Assembly: GCA_040285825.1 (NCBI GenBank)
Contig: JAUPSS010000007.1
Span: forward strand, 1,896,689-1,960,688
Direction: 5' to 3'
DNA length: 64,000 bases
Source: Eukaryota sp. TZLM1-RC
Lineage: Eukaryota; Protista; Metamonada: BaSk clade
The notes below the pieces were generated by a model, which saw only the letters and a list, made by a program, of their open reading frames with translations, was not told the DNA's origin and did not search any database. Shown piece after piece: positions 8,910 through 19,604 of the stretch (within the stretch, counting starts at the first letter, position 1; each line of letters begins with the position of its first letter). The position numbers and the translations under genes are program-made.

Positions 8910-11792
8910 ATGACTTGGCACCTTCAGCAATCCGTTCCGATCCCGTCGATCAACATCACAGCCCATGAGTTCAAGCACACTACTGGTGCATCGCTCATAC
9001 ATCTCGAATGCTCCGATTCCAACCATTTTTTCTCTGTGGGGTTTCGTACTGCTCCAATGACTTCCAGTGGACTACCTCATATTCTTGAGCACACTGTTTT
9101 GACTGGAAGCGAGAAATATGCCGTAAGGGACCCCTTCTTCTCGATGCTAAAACGATCCGTCAACAATTTTATGAATGCTCTAACGGCCACTGATGGAACT
9201 CATTACCCTTTTGCATCTACTGTCAAGAAGGATTTCGACAATCTCCTTAGCGTTTACCTAGACTCTGTCTTCTTCCCATCTCTCTCACCATTGAACTTTG
9301 CCCAAGAAGGCATCAGAGTGGAGTACAATGAACAAGGGGAACTTGAGTTCAAGGGCATTGTATTCAGTGAAATGAAGGCGGCCATGTGTGATCCCTCTTC
9401 TTTAACCTATCGCCGCATGTTGAAACATTTGTTCTCCCCTAACTGTACTTATCATTACAACTCAGGAGGGGAACCAAGTGAGATTATCAACATTACACTG
9501 AGTGATCTGAAAGACTTTCACGCGAAGTTTTATCATCCATCAAACGCCTTCTTTGTAACATATGGAGATTTAAAGATTAATGATGTTTTGGAATTCATTC
9601 ACATAAACGCTCTTTGTAGGTTCACATCACCCTCGACTGTTGATACCTCAATCAATCCGGAAGTCCCCAGAAGTCAAGCTGTTAAAGCTGAGGAAACCTT
9701 TGCTGATGACCAGTTGGAAAACAAATCAGTTGTGATCAAATCGTGGCTGACTTGCCCTGTTGAGAACAGTTTTGATCGATTAGCCTTGACTATCCTTGAC
9801 CAGCTTTTGATTGGTTCTGATGGTAGCCCATTAAAGAAAACCCTTTTAGAAAGTGGTTTTGGAGCAAGATTGGCTGCCGGTAGTGGGTTTAGTGGAGATA
9901 CGAGAACAACGTTCATGGCCTATGGTCTACAAGGTACGAACCCTGACAAAAGGGAAGCTATCGTGACCTTGATTGACTCGGTCTTGAAGAATCTTGTTGA
10001 TTCTGGATTCGAAAAGGACCATGTTGAGGGAGTGTTGAATAGAATTGAGTTTGAATATTCCGAAGTTAGTTCATCTGCCTACCCCTACCCTCTTTCTCTT
10101 CTTTTCAGGTTCCTTCCTCTTTACATGCATACTGGTTCTCTCGATGGGTTGAGGATCATTGAACAGATCCAAAGTGTTCGAGATGCTTTTGAAAATGACA
10201 ACATGTTGTTTTCAAAGCTTATTGAAAAATATTTATTAAACAATACCCATTCAGTTGATCTACTGATAAAACCAGACAAGGAAAAGAAGGCTGAAGAACA
10301 AGCTTTTTTCCAGCAAAAGTTGAGAGAATTGGAGTCCAAAATGAATCAAAAAGCAAAGGAAAATGTCCATCAAAGAGCAAATGAACTCAAATGTTTGCAA
10401 GACAGCGATGAAAATCTCTCCTGCCTTCCCGATCTGGAATTGAGTGATATCGACCCCCATCAACGTCATGTTGATTACAGTCAATGTGATATTAATGGTC
10501 TTGATTGCTATGTTTTTGAGCTTCCAACCAACAAAATTGACTACTTCACCGCTTTCATCAATGCTTCTTCACTTCCACTTTCTTTACTTTCTCTCCTCCC
10601 AGTTTATTGTTACCTCGTTCCTAGACTTGATGTTGGTGGTAAGGATTATGGCGATTGGGCTCAGTTAGTTGAGTATTTTACTGGTGGAATTGATCTTTCC
10701 GTTAGAGTTTTGTCAAACTCCGATCGATCGGAGGATGTTTCTCTTTATGTTAAACTTTCATCTCGATCTTTAACTCGTTTTACTGGCAAAATGACTGATT
10801 TGGTTCAGGATTTGATGTCAAATGTCAAGTTTAGTAACACCGAAAGAATTTCTTCTCTTTTAAAACAGTTGGCAAATTCCTTGGAATCCTCTGTGAGTGC
10901 TTCTGGTCACCATTACGCCAGCAAGAATGCCCAAGCTTGTATATCTTCCACTGCCCGACTTATAGAGCTAACAAGTGGTTTGACCTTGGTAAAGTTGGCC
11001 AAGAACCTTGCAAAGAATGGTGATTTGAGTGATTTAATCTCTCAATTGGGTGACATTCATTCTCGTTTATTCTGTGCTAATTGGAAATTTTTGTTGGTAT
11101 CCCAACCTGATAGTACTGGAACTCTGCAATACCATGCCAAACAATTAGTAGAGAAGCTTAATTTAGCACCAAAGGAATCATCCCTGGTTGATTTATCTTT
11201 AGTCGATCAACAGCCTTGCTTTCAATGCTATTCAATCGCTAATCCTGTTGGCTATGCAGCCTTTTCAGTACCCGTTCTTCCTTTTAGCGACCCAACCTCA
11301 CCCAAGGTTGCCGTTCTTTCAAAGGTGCTCCAGAGCTCTTTCCTACACACAGAGATTAGGGAGAAGGGTGGTGCATATGGAGCTATGTGCAGGGTGAATC
11401 AAACAGCATCTGCTTTAACAATGGCCACATATAGAGATCCTAATCCTGAAAATTCTTTTAGGGTCTTTAAAAGGGCCGTCAAGTATGCAATGAATAACAG
11501 ATTTGACGATGGTAATGTTAAGGAAGGAGTGTTTGCTGTTGTTAGAGATATCGACTCCCCCTTTTCACCATACCTTTCTGCTCTTCATGAAGTTCTTGAA
11601 CAACTTTCTGGTAAAAACTTGGAGAAGAGGCAGCGTTATAGGGAAGGTGTTTTGGGAGTCAACGTTGCAGATCTCAGTAACGCTGCTACACAACTGTTGG
11701 GGGAACCAGAGAAGACAGGCTATTGTTATCTTGGTAATAAGGATTTGTTTCCTTGTTCATTGGAGGGAGAATGGATCGAAGAGGAGTTGTAA
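8910..11792 (+). CDS. Presequence protease (peptidase M16C; PreP/Cym1/PITRM1 family)
   Basis: HILEH zinc motif, RDPFFSML, FMNALT, IREKGGAYG, TYRDP; first ATG at 8910. Confidence 0.9.
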   Translation: MTWHLQQSVPIPSINITAHEFKHTTGASLIHLECSDSNHFFSVGFRTAPMTSSGLPHILEHTVLTGSEKYAVRDPFFSMLKRSVNNFMNALTATDGTHYPFASTVKKDFDNLLSVYLDSVFFPSLSPLNFAQEGIRVEYNEQGELEFKGIVFSEMKAAMCDPSSLTYRRMLKHLFSPNCTYHYNSGGEPSEIINITLSDLKDFHAKFYHPSNAFFVTYGDLKINDVLEFIHINALCRFTSPSTVDTSINPEVPRSQAVKAEETFADDQLENKSVVIKSWLTCPVENSFDRLALTILDQLLIGSDGSPLKKTLLESGFGARLAAGSGFSGDTRTTFMAYGLQGTNPDKREAIVTLIDSVLKNLVDSGFEKDHVEGVLNRIEFEYSEVSSSAYPYPLSLLFRFLPLYMHTGSLDGLRIIEQIQSVRDAFENDNMLFSKLIEKYLLNNTHSVDLLIKPDKEKKAEEQAFFQQKLRELESKMNQKAKENVHQRANELKCLQDSDENLSCLPDLELSDIDPHQRHVDYSQCDINGLDCYVFELPTNKIDYFTAFINASSLPLSLLSLLPVYCYLVPRLDVGGKDYGDWAQLVEYFTGGIDLSVRVLSNSDRSEDVSLYVKLSSRSLTRFTGKMTDLVQDLMSNVKFSNTERISSLLKQLANSLESSVSASGHHYASKNAQACISSTARLIELTSGLTLVKLAKNLAKNGDLSDLISQLGDIHSRLFCANWKFLLVSQPDSTGTLQYHAKQLVEKLNLAPKESSLVDLSLVDQQPCFQCYSIANPVGYAAFSVPVLPFSDPTSPKVAVLSKVLQSSFLHTEIREKGGAYGAMCRVNQTASALTMATYRDPNPENSFRVFKRAVKYAMNNRFDDGNVKEGVFAVVRDIDSPFSPYLSALHEVLEQLSGKNLEKRQRYREGVLGVNVADLSNAATQLLGEPEKTGYCYLGNKDLFPCSLEGEWIEEEL

Positions 11793-11884
11793 ATACGAAT
11801 AAAGAAGCAGATTTTGACATTTTTTAAGTATAGTTTCTTAAAGACATTTCAAGGAACAGTGACAAGGTCTTCATCTTGGTTTAT

Positions 11885-12600
11885 CTACAAATGTTGGCTC
11901 ACACACCAGGGGGAATAGATGAAAAATCCTGCAATGTACTGTGTTCCAACTCCCAAAAGTAAAAAAATAAGAAGAAAAGGCCCATTATATTGGAAGACAC
12001 AGATGGCTGATGCACACACGAATAATAACTTTTTACTAAGTGTTGTAGTTGAATGAAATTTCTTAATAAAAAATAGCAACTGTGGATTTCATTTGAAATG
12101 CATATTTTAGGTAAAATTTTCATTCCTTCATTATTCCCACACATTGCTTTTTCATGCTGCAAACATCTTTTTAGGTGATGCCACAAACCCCTGCCTTTTT
12201 CAACGAGTAGTTCAAAATTTCTTTGGTTTAACATTTCACGATTTTTTGATTCATTAGTAATGAATTGATTCATAAATTTGATGCTCAACAAAAGCATTGT
12301 TTTCATTATTCTAAATCCGTTTTTCATCAAACAGAATGAACAACATACTCTTACTAATTGCACAACTATGTCATACTATACAAAACTATCGTTATTTATA
12401 ATTCCTAAATAATTTATGTTATCAATAAAGTTCAATTGTATTTCAGTAGTTTTTGCTTTGTTCGTTCAAACCATTACAACACACCTATGAGTTCAATCAT
12501 TCTCACTGAAACTCGACCATAATGTCGCGCTCTTCATATGCATGGGACACTAAAAATATCATTCAATCCTATAAGATTTAGTGCTATGTGCAACTTATCC
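11885..12600 (-). pseudogene. Possible highly degenerate hAT-like transposase remnant
   Basis: Weak resemblance of SCYFLLRNFIQL to the RWNS.Y.ML region plus an upstream AH..LNL-like stretch; many stops. Confidence 0.2.
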
Positions 12601-12615
12601 TAATAAATATCCTGT

Positions 12616-12672
12616 TGGAAGCACATGTAAATGGTGGAGATACACCAGCATCCCAACAGAGAGCTTAGGTTA
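12616..12672 (+). mobile_element. Micro-fragment of Fanzor family B
   Basis: TGGAAGCACATGTAAATGGTGGAGATA (EAHVNGGD) matches the minus strand near 49000. Confidence 0.55.
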
Positions 12673-13541
12673 AAGGTTCAAATAAAGGCTATTTTGGAAA
12701 AAATCTGTTAATGGTATTATAAATGTCAACTTACAAGAGTCTTGATTCTGACCAACATGTTGAGCATAGACGAAATCTATCTACTCCACATCATTGTCAA
12801 GAATCTTATGCTTCTAGAATGATTGAGACTTTCTTGGAAGTCTTGTTCATGTTGACTGACACAATCATCAACTTTTCATGGTGATGGGTAGCTCATGTGA
12901 GACACACGGAGAACTTACACAAGAAGAACTGTTGACATTGTTGACAATAGAAAAGGTAAAAGTGTGAGAAAGGTGACAACATCAAAACAAAGTTGAGGGT
13001 TAACAACCTCCCAGAACAGAACCAGAAGTCGTGAATGGACAAAACTCAAACAAAAGATTCCGAAAATGGATCATCTACTTGACAGAGAGATCAGAAAAAA
13101 AAGACTGCTGAGAAGGACAAAAAACCGAGATGTCGCGGAGAAGGCCACAACAGAAGAAACTGTCCATCACAAGTTCCTGAAACAAGCACATCCTCATCGG
13201 ATGCAAAAAGAAGACAGGGAGGAACTAAGAAGAGAGTAGTCAAGAAGATCTCTGTAGAAGACAGTATCAGTCAATCATAAACGATGTGGCAGCTCAATAG
13301 TGTCCGGAGTTGTAATGAAGAATGGGTTTCCAATGTAGGTTTGGTAAATACATATGGATTTGCACTCACATATCAACCATCAACTTACAACCAAACACCC
13401 TTGACTAGGATTTTGATTTGAGTCGAGTTGAGTTAACTTGACCCGACTAATTCTTACATCCATTGACACAAATCCTGTTCAACATCTTAATAGACATTGT
13501 TCTGTTCAAATATCATGGTATTTAATTATTTATTTCAAACT

Positions 13542-13832
13542 TGTTCCTTTTGCCTTTTCGATTTTTGGCAACATTGGACAATCCGCCTTGAATTTCATCA
13601 ATGATTTTGGTAATTTATGTCGTTCAAGTGGTAAGAATTTTGCAGAGAATTTATGGAAAAATCGTATCATTTTCGCTTTGTACAGAAGTGTTCCCAAGTA
13701 CTTGAGTTTAATGATGTCTAAACTTTATAAGGATTCATCAAGAGTTGGCGTGGAGAATTTAGTTTCTTATGTGTTTTAGTTTGTTTTGTTTTTATTTGAT
13801 TCTTTAAATAAATAAAATTATTTTAAAAAAAA
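13542..13832 (+). mobile_element. 5'-truncated CRE-like F3 insertion
   Basis: Near-identical to ~52971-53248; A-tail; 14-bp TSD ATTTATTTCAAACT at 13528-13541 and 13833-13846. Confidence 0.85.
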
Positions 13833-14055
13833 ATTTATTTCAAACTAATCAAACAAAGAAAACTAGAATCTACTTACCTGACTGCAATCTAACTATCAAC
13901 CATAATGTGTTGTTTTTATACCACGACCTTAAACTTAACAAAGCATGTAATAGAAGAACATGAGAGGAAGAAATCAACTCAAATTAAAATGATCCCAACA
14001 TTGAAATCCCAGCTTCGACCGGTTACTACTATTTGACATTTCTTGCTATTAGCCC

Positions 14056-14460
14056 ATGTCGAACTTTCCACGAGTTTTATCCAAAACTGTTGATATTGAT
14101 GATAAACCTACAACCATCAGTCTTCACTTCTTCTCTGATCGGATATGGCTAGCTGTATCACAAACTGGGCTTTTTGGTCCAATGATATCATGTACTCTTT
14201 CAGCGTCAAAAACCTCAAACCTGGACGATGGTCCCTCAGTTTCAGCACCTATAAAGTCACAAATCCTTTTGGGAGACAGAGATGACCAATTGGTTCATCT
14301 GTTTTCAAAAATGCTGTGTAACAAGATCAACATGTCTTTTTATCCACCCTTATTGATCTCAATTTCCCTCAAAAGGGTTCCCGGAGAGTTGCTACAACGG
14401 TCACCAATGCTGAAGCTAGTAGACGAATGTACTGGATTGTTTAATGAAGTTGGTGAATAA
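14056..14460 (+). CDS. PSMG3: Proteasome assembly chaperone 3 (PAC3)
   Basis: FSDRIWLAVSQTG, ILLGDRDD, LLISISLK; size fits the family. Confidence 0.75.
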   Translation: MSNFPRVLSKTVDIDDKPTTISLHFFSDRIWLAVSQTGLFGPMISCTLSASKTSNLDDGPSVSAPIKSQILLGDRDDQLVHLFSKMLCNKINMSFYPPLLISISLKRVPGELLQRSPMLKLVDECTGLFNEVGE

Positions 14461-14605
14461 ACTCTGTATAAATAGACCTAATATTCCAAAAATTAACTAT
14501 ATTCAAAATAAACCCGTTCTTTTATTTACTTAACCAATTATAATTATTATTAATTATTATTTCTTGTATTAATAATAGTCACATGCAAACCATTACAAAC
14601 CCTAT

Positions 14606-15535
14606 TTAAATCATTAACTGTTGTCTTCCACCAACTCCAGAACCATGACCAAGGGTCTTTGGTAGTTCCGTCGTTTGGTTATCCAAAGTGCCAATCTGGC
14701 TCCATTCACCATCAAACCGTGACCAAACAGACACTACATCACTTGAAACAAAGAGTGCAACCCCACTCTCACTCCAGGAAACCCTACTGACGGGAGAAGA
14801 AAACTCAGTGGGGAGAGATGACTGGTGATAGTTCTTGTCAGACCCTGACCAAATGTTGACTTGCCCATCTGAACTGGAGGAAGCAAGTATCTGAACAGAA
14901 GGGATGCCATGAGAAGGAGCAAAGGAAAGGTCTGTGATTGGTGATGAATGTGAGTTCAGTTCAAAGGCAACTTTAAAGGATTCGTCCCGGAATTCCCAAA
15001 TCTTGACCACCCCTTCCTCATCACCAGTGGCTATTATCTTGAGTGTGTCATGGAAGGAGACAGATGTGCATGAAGATGATTGGGTTGGATACTTACGATG
15101 GGTAAAGTCATCACCAGACTGTTCAAATATATGCAAATACCCATCAGCGGTACATGTTGCCAAAAGGGAGGGTTCTTCAGGGTTAGAAGACATGAAGAAC
15201 GCCACATCATTGACTGGGGATTGGTGATCAAATTTGAAAAGGGGTTCATAAACATTGGCACTGTCTGGTTGTTCTTGGAAGATTATTAGAAAACCAGAAG
15301 CACCAGCAGAAGCTAGTAGACCAGAAGTAGACCATGACAGCCTGTAAACAGGGTGTGCGTGGCCAGAGAGAGTTGCAATGTGTGTAAGGGAATGTTCACT
15401 GACGGAATGTATAACAACAAAGCCATCTGAAGAACACGTAGCTAAACGAGTGCCTAAAGAATTAACTTGTATGTCATGAACAGCATCTTCATGAATTGAA
15501 GGATATGAGTTGATAGGTCTATCATAATGACTCAT
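14606..15535 (-). CDS. SEC13: Sec13-like WD40 protein
   Basis: HEDAVHD...GTRLATCSSDG, LSGHAHPVYRLSW, VSRVSWSESG. Confidence 0.8.
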   Translation of the reverse strand: MSHYDRPINSYPSIHEDAVHDIQVNSLGTRLATCSSDGFVVIHSVSEHSLTHIATLSGHAHPVYRLSWSTSGLLASAGASGFLIIFQEQPDSANVYEPLFKFDHQSPVNDVAFFMSSNPEEPSLLATCTADGYLHIFEQSGDDFTHRKYPTQSSSCTSVSFHDTLKIIATGDEEGVVKIWEFRDESFKVAFELNSHSSPITDLSFAPSHGIPSVQILASSSSDGQVNIWSGSDKNYHQSSLPTEFSSPVSRVSWSESGVALFVSSDVVSVWSRFDGEWSQIGTLDNQTTELPKTLGHGSGVGGRQQLMI

Positions 15536-15810
15536 TGAAACAGATATTGTCTATAACAATGAAATAAGTGTCCTTTTTACACTGGTGTAGAGGGACTGAG
15601 ATTTTCTCCTTAATACCATTTTCTTTAAACCTTCATCAACCTTGGCTCTCTGCAGGTATTTCGGTCTGTCTCCACCTTTTACATGTGCTTCCATCACTGC
15701 TAACATATTCAGCGGAGCATTTCGATCTCTATTCCACAAACTTTCGCATGATTTACACATGGTAAGCCCGTGACGAATAGACATCTCATGCCTCTTCCAT
15801 GGCCTAGGAT
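15522..15810 (-). mobile_element. Fanzor family B 3' remnant overlapping the Sec13 start
   Basis: PRPWKRHEMSIRHGLTMCKSCESLWNRDRNAPLNM...RPKYLQR (Zn finger and RuvC-III); colinear with 48828-49132. Confidence 0.85.
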
Positions 15811-17046
15811 CAAGTCATCACTGAAATTTCATTTCTTTTGCAATCCAAACCAAATGCAATTTCTCTGCGAACCTCTAATAATGTATTCATTTTGCTTAGC
15901 CAATCTCATAACAACTCTGCATGTTTCAACACCACCACATATCATCATCTAGTATCAATGCACAATGAAATGCCACATGAGCAACAGAGTATGTGTTGAG
16001 AAGTGTAAACACAATTGCTGGTTGCTTGGAATACTTTTAATATGTACAAAATCCTATGACTAAATGCATGCATCAAATGGTTCAAATGACTTAAGGAAGG
16101 TGATCCGTCATTTAATCACAAGGTAGTTTCTATCTACCTCAAAAGTACAGTGTTCCTTTTATTGTTTTTTTTTAATTTAAAACAAATTCAAAATACAAAT
16201 CATATTCCATTTCACCAGTTGTCAAATCAAACCCTTATGAAAATGTGTTTCTTCAAAATGGGTCTCTTTGTTTTCGATAAAAAATTCAATAAATACAATT
16301 TTAAAATAAAAAATTTTAATAGGTTAACATTCTTTTGATTGTACATCATGATGTTCACACATGAGAAAGGTCTGTTCAAGTGGAGAAGGTTTTTTCAGGG
16401 GACCAAAGAAGAAGATGAGGCAGTTTTTGTTCAAGTTGTTTCCGAAAAAATTTTCTTAGCTTAAAAAAAGAGTTTATTTTTCACTTTCAATGTTTGCAAT
16501 AATTTAATATTGTTGCTTCAACTGGAAATTATATATAAAAATCTGAAAAATAAATATTATTCAAATATAATGCTGAAAACTCCAAATTTGTAACATCAAC
16601 TTGCCCCTTCCACTTAAAAACTTGTGTTTTCAAATTCCGACCAGCTGGAAGGACCCACTTTTCAGAGATTTCAATCTTCTTGCAACTCACGGGATTTTGT
16701 CATAGTCCCTGTTCGTCATTCCTATAGTTGATCATCCTTGCCAACCAGGGTAGTGGGAACAGGAGAACGGGGCCTTGCTAGGTTCTCTAGTAGCCTAATA
16801 GTTGAAGTGATTTCATCTGAAGTACTCGAAAATGATTAACTTGATAGATTATAGTAACAAAGCTTAAGAACTATAATTGTTATCAGTGCTAAATAAATGT
16901 GGAGTATTGAGTATTAGTTTCCTAAAGTAATAGAGGACAGATAGAAAGACCATTTAATGTGGAATCCACATTTAATAATACATTGCTGGATATAAAAGCT
17001 CAAAACAATTAAGAATTTATTGGAAAAGCCACATTAACGACATCTC

Positions 17047-18535
17047 ATGCCTTTGATAAAGTCCACCAAAGATATCAATCCTTGTGTAGTCCAAGCTCAA
17101 TATGCTGTGAGAGGAGCCGTTCCTATCCGTGCTACAGAAATTGAAGCAGATCTCCGAAACAAGAAGGGCAATCATCCATTCGAAAACATCGTCTACTGCA
17201 ATATCGGTAACCCTCAAGCATTGCAGCAACCTCCACTCACCTTCCCAAGGCAGGTATTGACTCTGGTCATGATGCCTGATCTCATCGAACACTGCCCTGA
17301 CTTTTTCCCTATTGATGTTGTAGATCGTGCGCGACGTATTTTAGATAGCTTCCCTGGCTACTCTGGAGCGTACACACACAGTCAGGGGGCGCTTACTGTC
17401 CGTAAATCTGTTCAACAATTTATCAAGGAAAAAGATGGTGTTACTGCTGATGTCAACAACATTTTTCTAACAGATGGGGCGAGTGGAGGTGTTTCTAAAC
17501 TTTTGCAGTTACTCATCCGAGGCCCCAATGACGGTATAATGATACCCATTCCCCAGTACCCATTGTACAGTGCCACTATTGTGTTAAATGACGGCAAAAT
17601 TGTTCCTTACCACCTTGACGAAAACCGTTCATGGGGGTTAAATCTCGATGAACTCAAGCGCAATTATGAAGAAGCAACTGCTGAAGGAATCAATGTGAGA
17701 GCTATTGCTGTTATTAATCCAGGAAATCCAACAGGTGTAAGTCTATTTTCAAATTCTAACAATAGGCTGTTTTAAGCCGCAATCAGATCGTAGAACTGCT
17801 TCATTTCGCCTCTGAAAACGACCTCGTTTTAATGAGTGATGAGGTGTACAGAGATAATATCTATAGTAGCCAGCAGCCTTTTTATTCATTCCTCCAAGTT
17901 TGTCACGAAGAACAAATTGATGTTGAACTCGCTTCATTCCACTCTGCTAGCAAGGGGTTCTTTGGCGAATGTGGAATTAGAGGAGGTATGTCTTATATAG
18001 GCTCTAATCAATAGGTTACATGTACCTTCATAACTTTACTGAACTCGCTAGAAGCATGCTTTATAAGGTTGCAAGTATTGGGCTGTGCCCCAACATCGCT
18101 GGTCAAGTGATAATGGACACTATAGTAAACCCACCTAAAGAAGGAGAAGAATCGTACCCTCTTTGGGAAAAGGAAAAGTCTGAAAGATTGAATTCCTTAC
18201 AACGCCGAGCCAATAAGATATCAAAAGAACTCAACAAGCTTGATGGTGTGAGCTGTCAAAATGTGGCAGGCGCTCTCTATGCCTTCCCTTGTATTGATAT
18301 CCCTCCAAAAGCTGTTGAAACTGCTGAGAGTCAAGGTAAGTCTCCTGATTTATTTTATTGTTTGCAACTTTTGGAAACCGTTGGTTTGTGTGTTGTACCA
18401 GGCACTGGATTTGGAATGAAGGATGAAGATGGTTATCACTTTAGAACCACTATTCTACCTGGAGAAGATGTTTTTGATGATGTTTTGCAAAGATTTGCAA
18501 AGTTTCATAATGATTTTGTAACATTGTATAAATAA
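17047..18535 (+). CDS. ALT: Alanine aminotransferase; introns 17737-17765 and 17986-18014
   Basis: YAVRG, NIGNPQ, PQYPLYSA, INPGNPTG, DEVY, SKGFFGECGIRGGY, HFRTTILP; two 29-nt GT-AG introns join the three ORFs in frame. Confidence 0.93.
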
Positions 18536-18738
18536 ACTGGTTGATCCTCCAAACAAGCTGCTCACAAATCATGTGTACATTGCTTGATACCTAATCTCTG
18601 CTATCATAAGGTAGTCATGATAGAGCAAGAGATGTTGCCTTTAACCACTATGTTTTCGATTACAAAATAACTGAATGATACATTGAGAATAGAAATTATT
18701 CAAAGTTATAATTTAACAATAAACACTTCTGTTAAAAG

Positions 18739-19512
18739 CTATAACAACTTAGATCTACTCAATGACAACCCATCTACAGAAAGGGAATCACTGCATCCAA
18801 TTCTAGATCTACGTCTATCCAGTATACTCACAGGGGGTAAGCAAGAGGTACTGGTATCAGAAAGACTCTTTAAATGACATGGTTTTGAAATAGATTGAGA
18901 TCGAAATTGTGTAGGGTTAACGGATCCTACACCTGTGTTGTGACCACCATAGATAAACCCTTCAGAAGAGCTAACAAATGACCGAGGAGTTTCTAGTTCA
19001 TTTCCATCTTCATTTTTGGGGGATGGTGCGCTTGATATTCGTCTTATAGGTTCATCCATGTCAGAAGAGTCAGCAATGCTGCTTTCACTGAATGCCGAAC
19101 AGACCAGATTCCGAACATGAGGTTTTACAACATCAATAAACTCTCCAATTAAATGTTCATGAAATAAAGCTTCGACATCTGCTACTTCTTCGGTATCTTC
19201 AGCTTTGGAAGGTATGGAGTTGCTGAATTGAGTTGGAATGGTTTGGTTTAAGGACTCCTTTGAAACAGTGTCATTATTGGAAAGACTACATCCAAAAACC
19301 TTAAGGTGAGGTACATCTCTCCATTGTGAAGCCAGTTGATTCAACATAGAAACATCCTTGTCGGAAAGAACATCAGGTTTGTCCACGAGATGTTCATGTA
19401 AAACATGATCTAAGTGAGTCAACATAGTTTCAAAGTATAAGGGTGATTCGACCTCAAATAACTATCAATTAGAGTTGAAAAAAGCACGCACATTGTCAGA
19501 ATCATCATCCAT
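18739..19512 (-). CDS. Hypothetical protein, weakly FAM149/DUF3719-like; intron 19462-19491
   Basis: ATG at 19512; 30-nt GT...CTAAT...AG intron in frame with ORF 18739-19425; QWRDVPHLKVFG resembles a FAM149 motif (family call weak). Confidence 0.55.
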
Positions 19513-19604
19513 GATATGTTGTGTGGACAAGGGTATCCCTATTCAGGGTTTGCTAAGTAAAGTGTTAACGTAGAATGGGGTGAATGAAAAAGGTATTTCC
19601 TTTA

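Noticed and set aside
17040-17053. GACATCTCATGCCT shared between the ALT start and the Fanzor B remnants
   Set aside because: Isolated 14-mer matching an internal coding part of the element, with no flanking similarity
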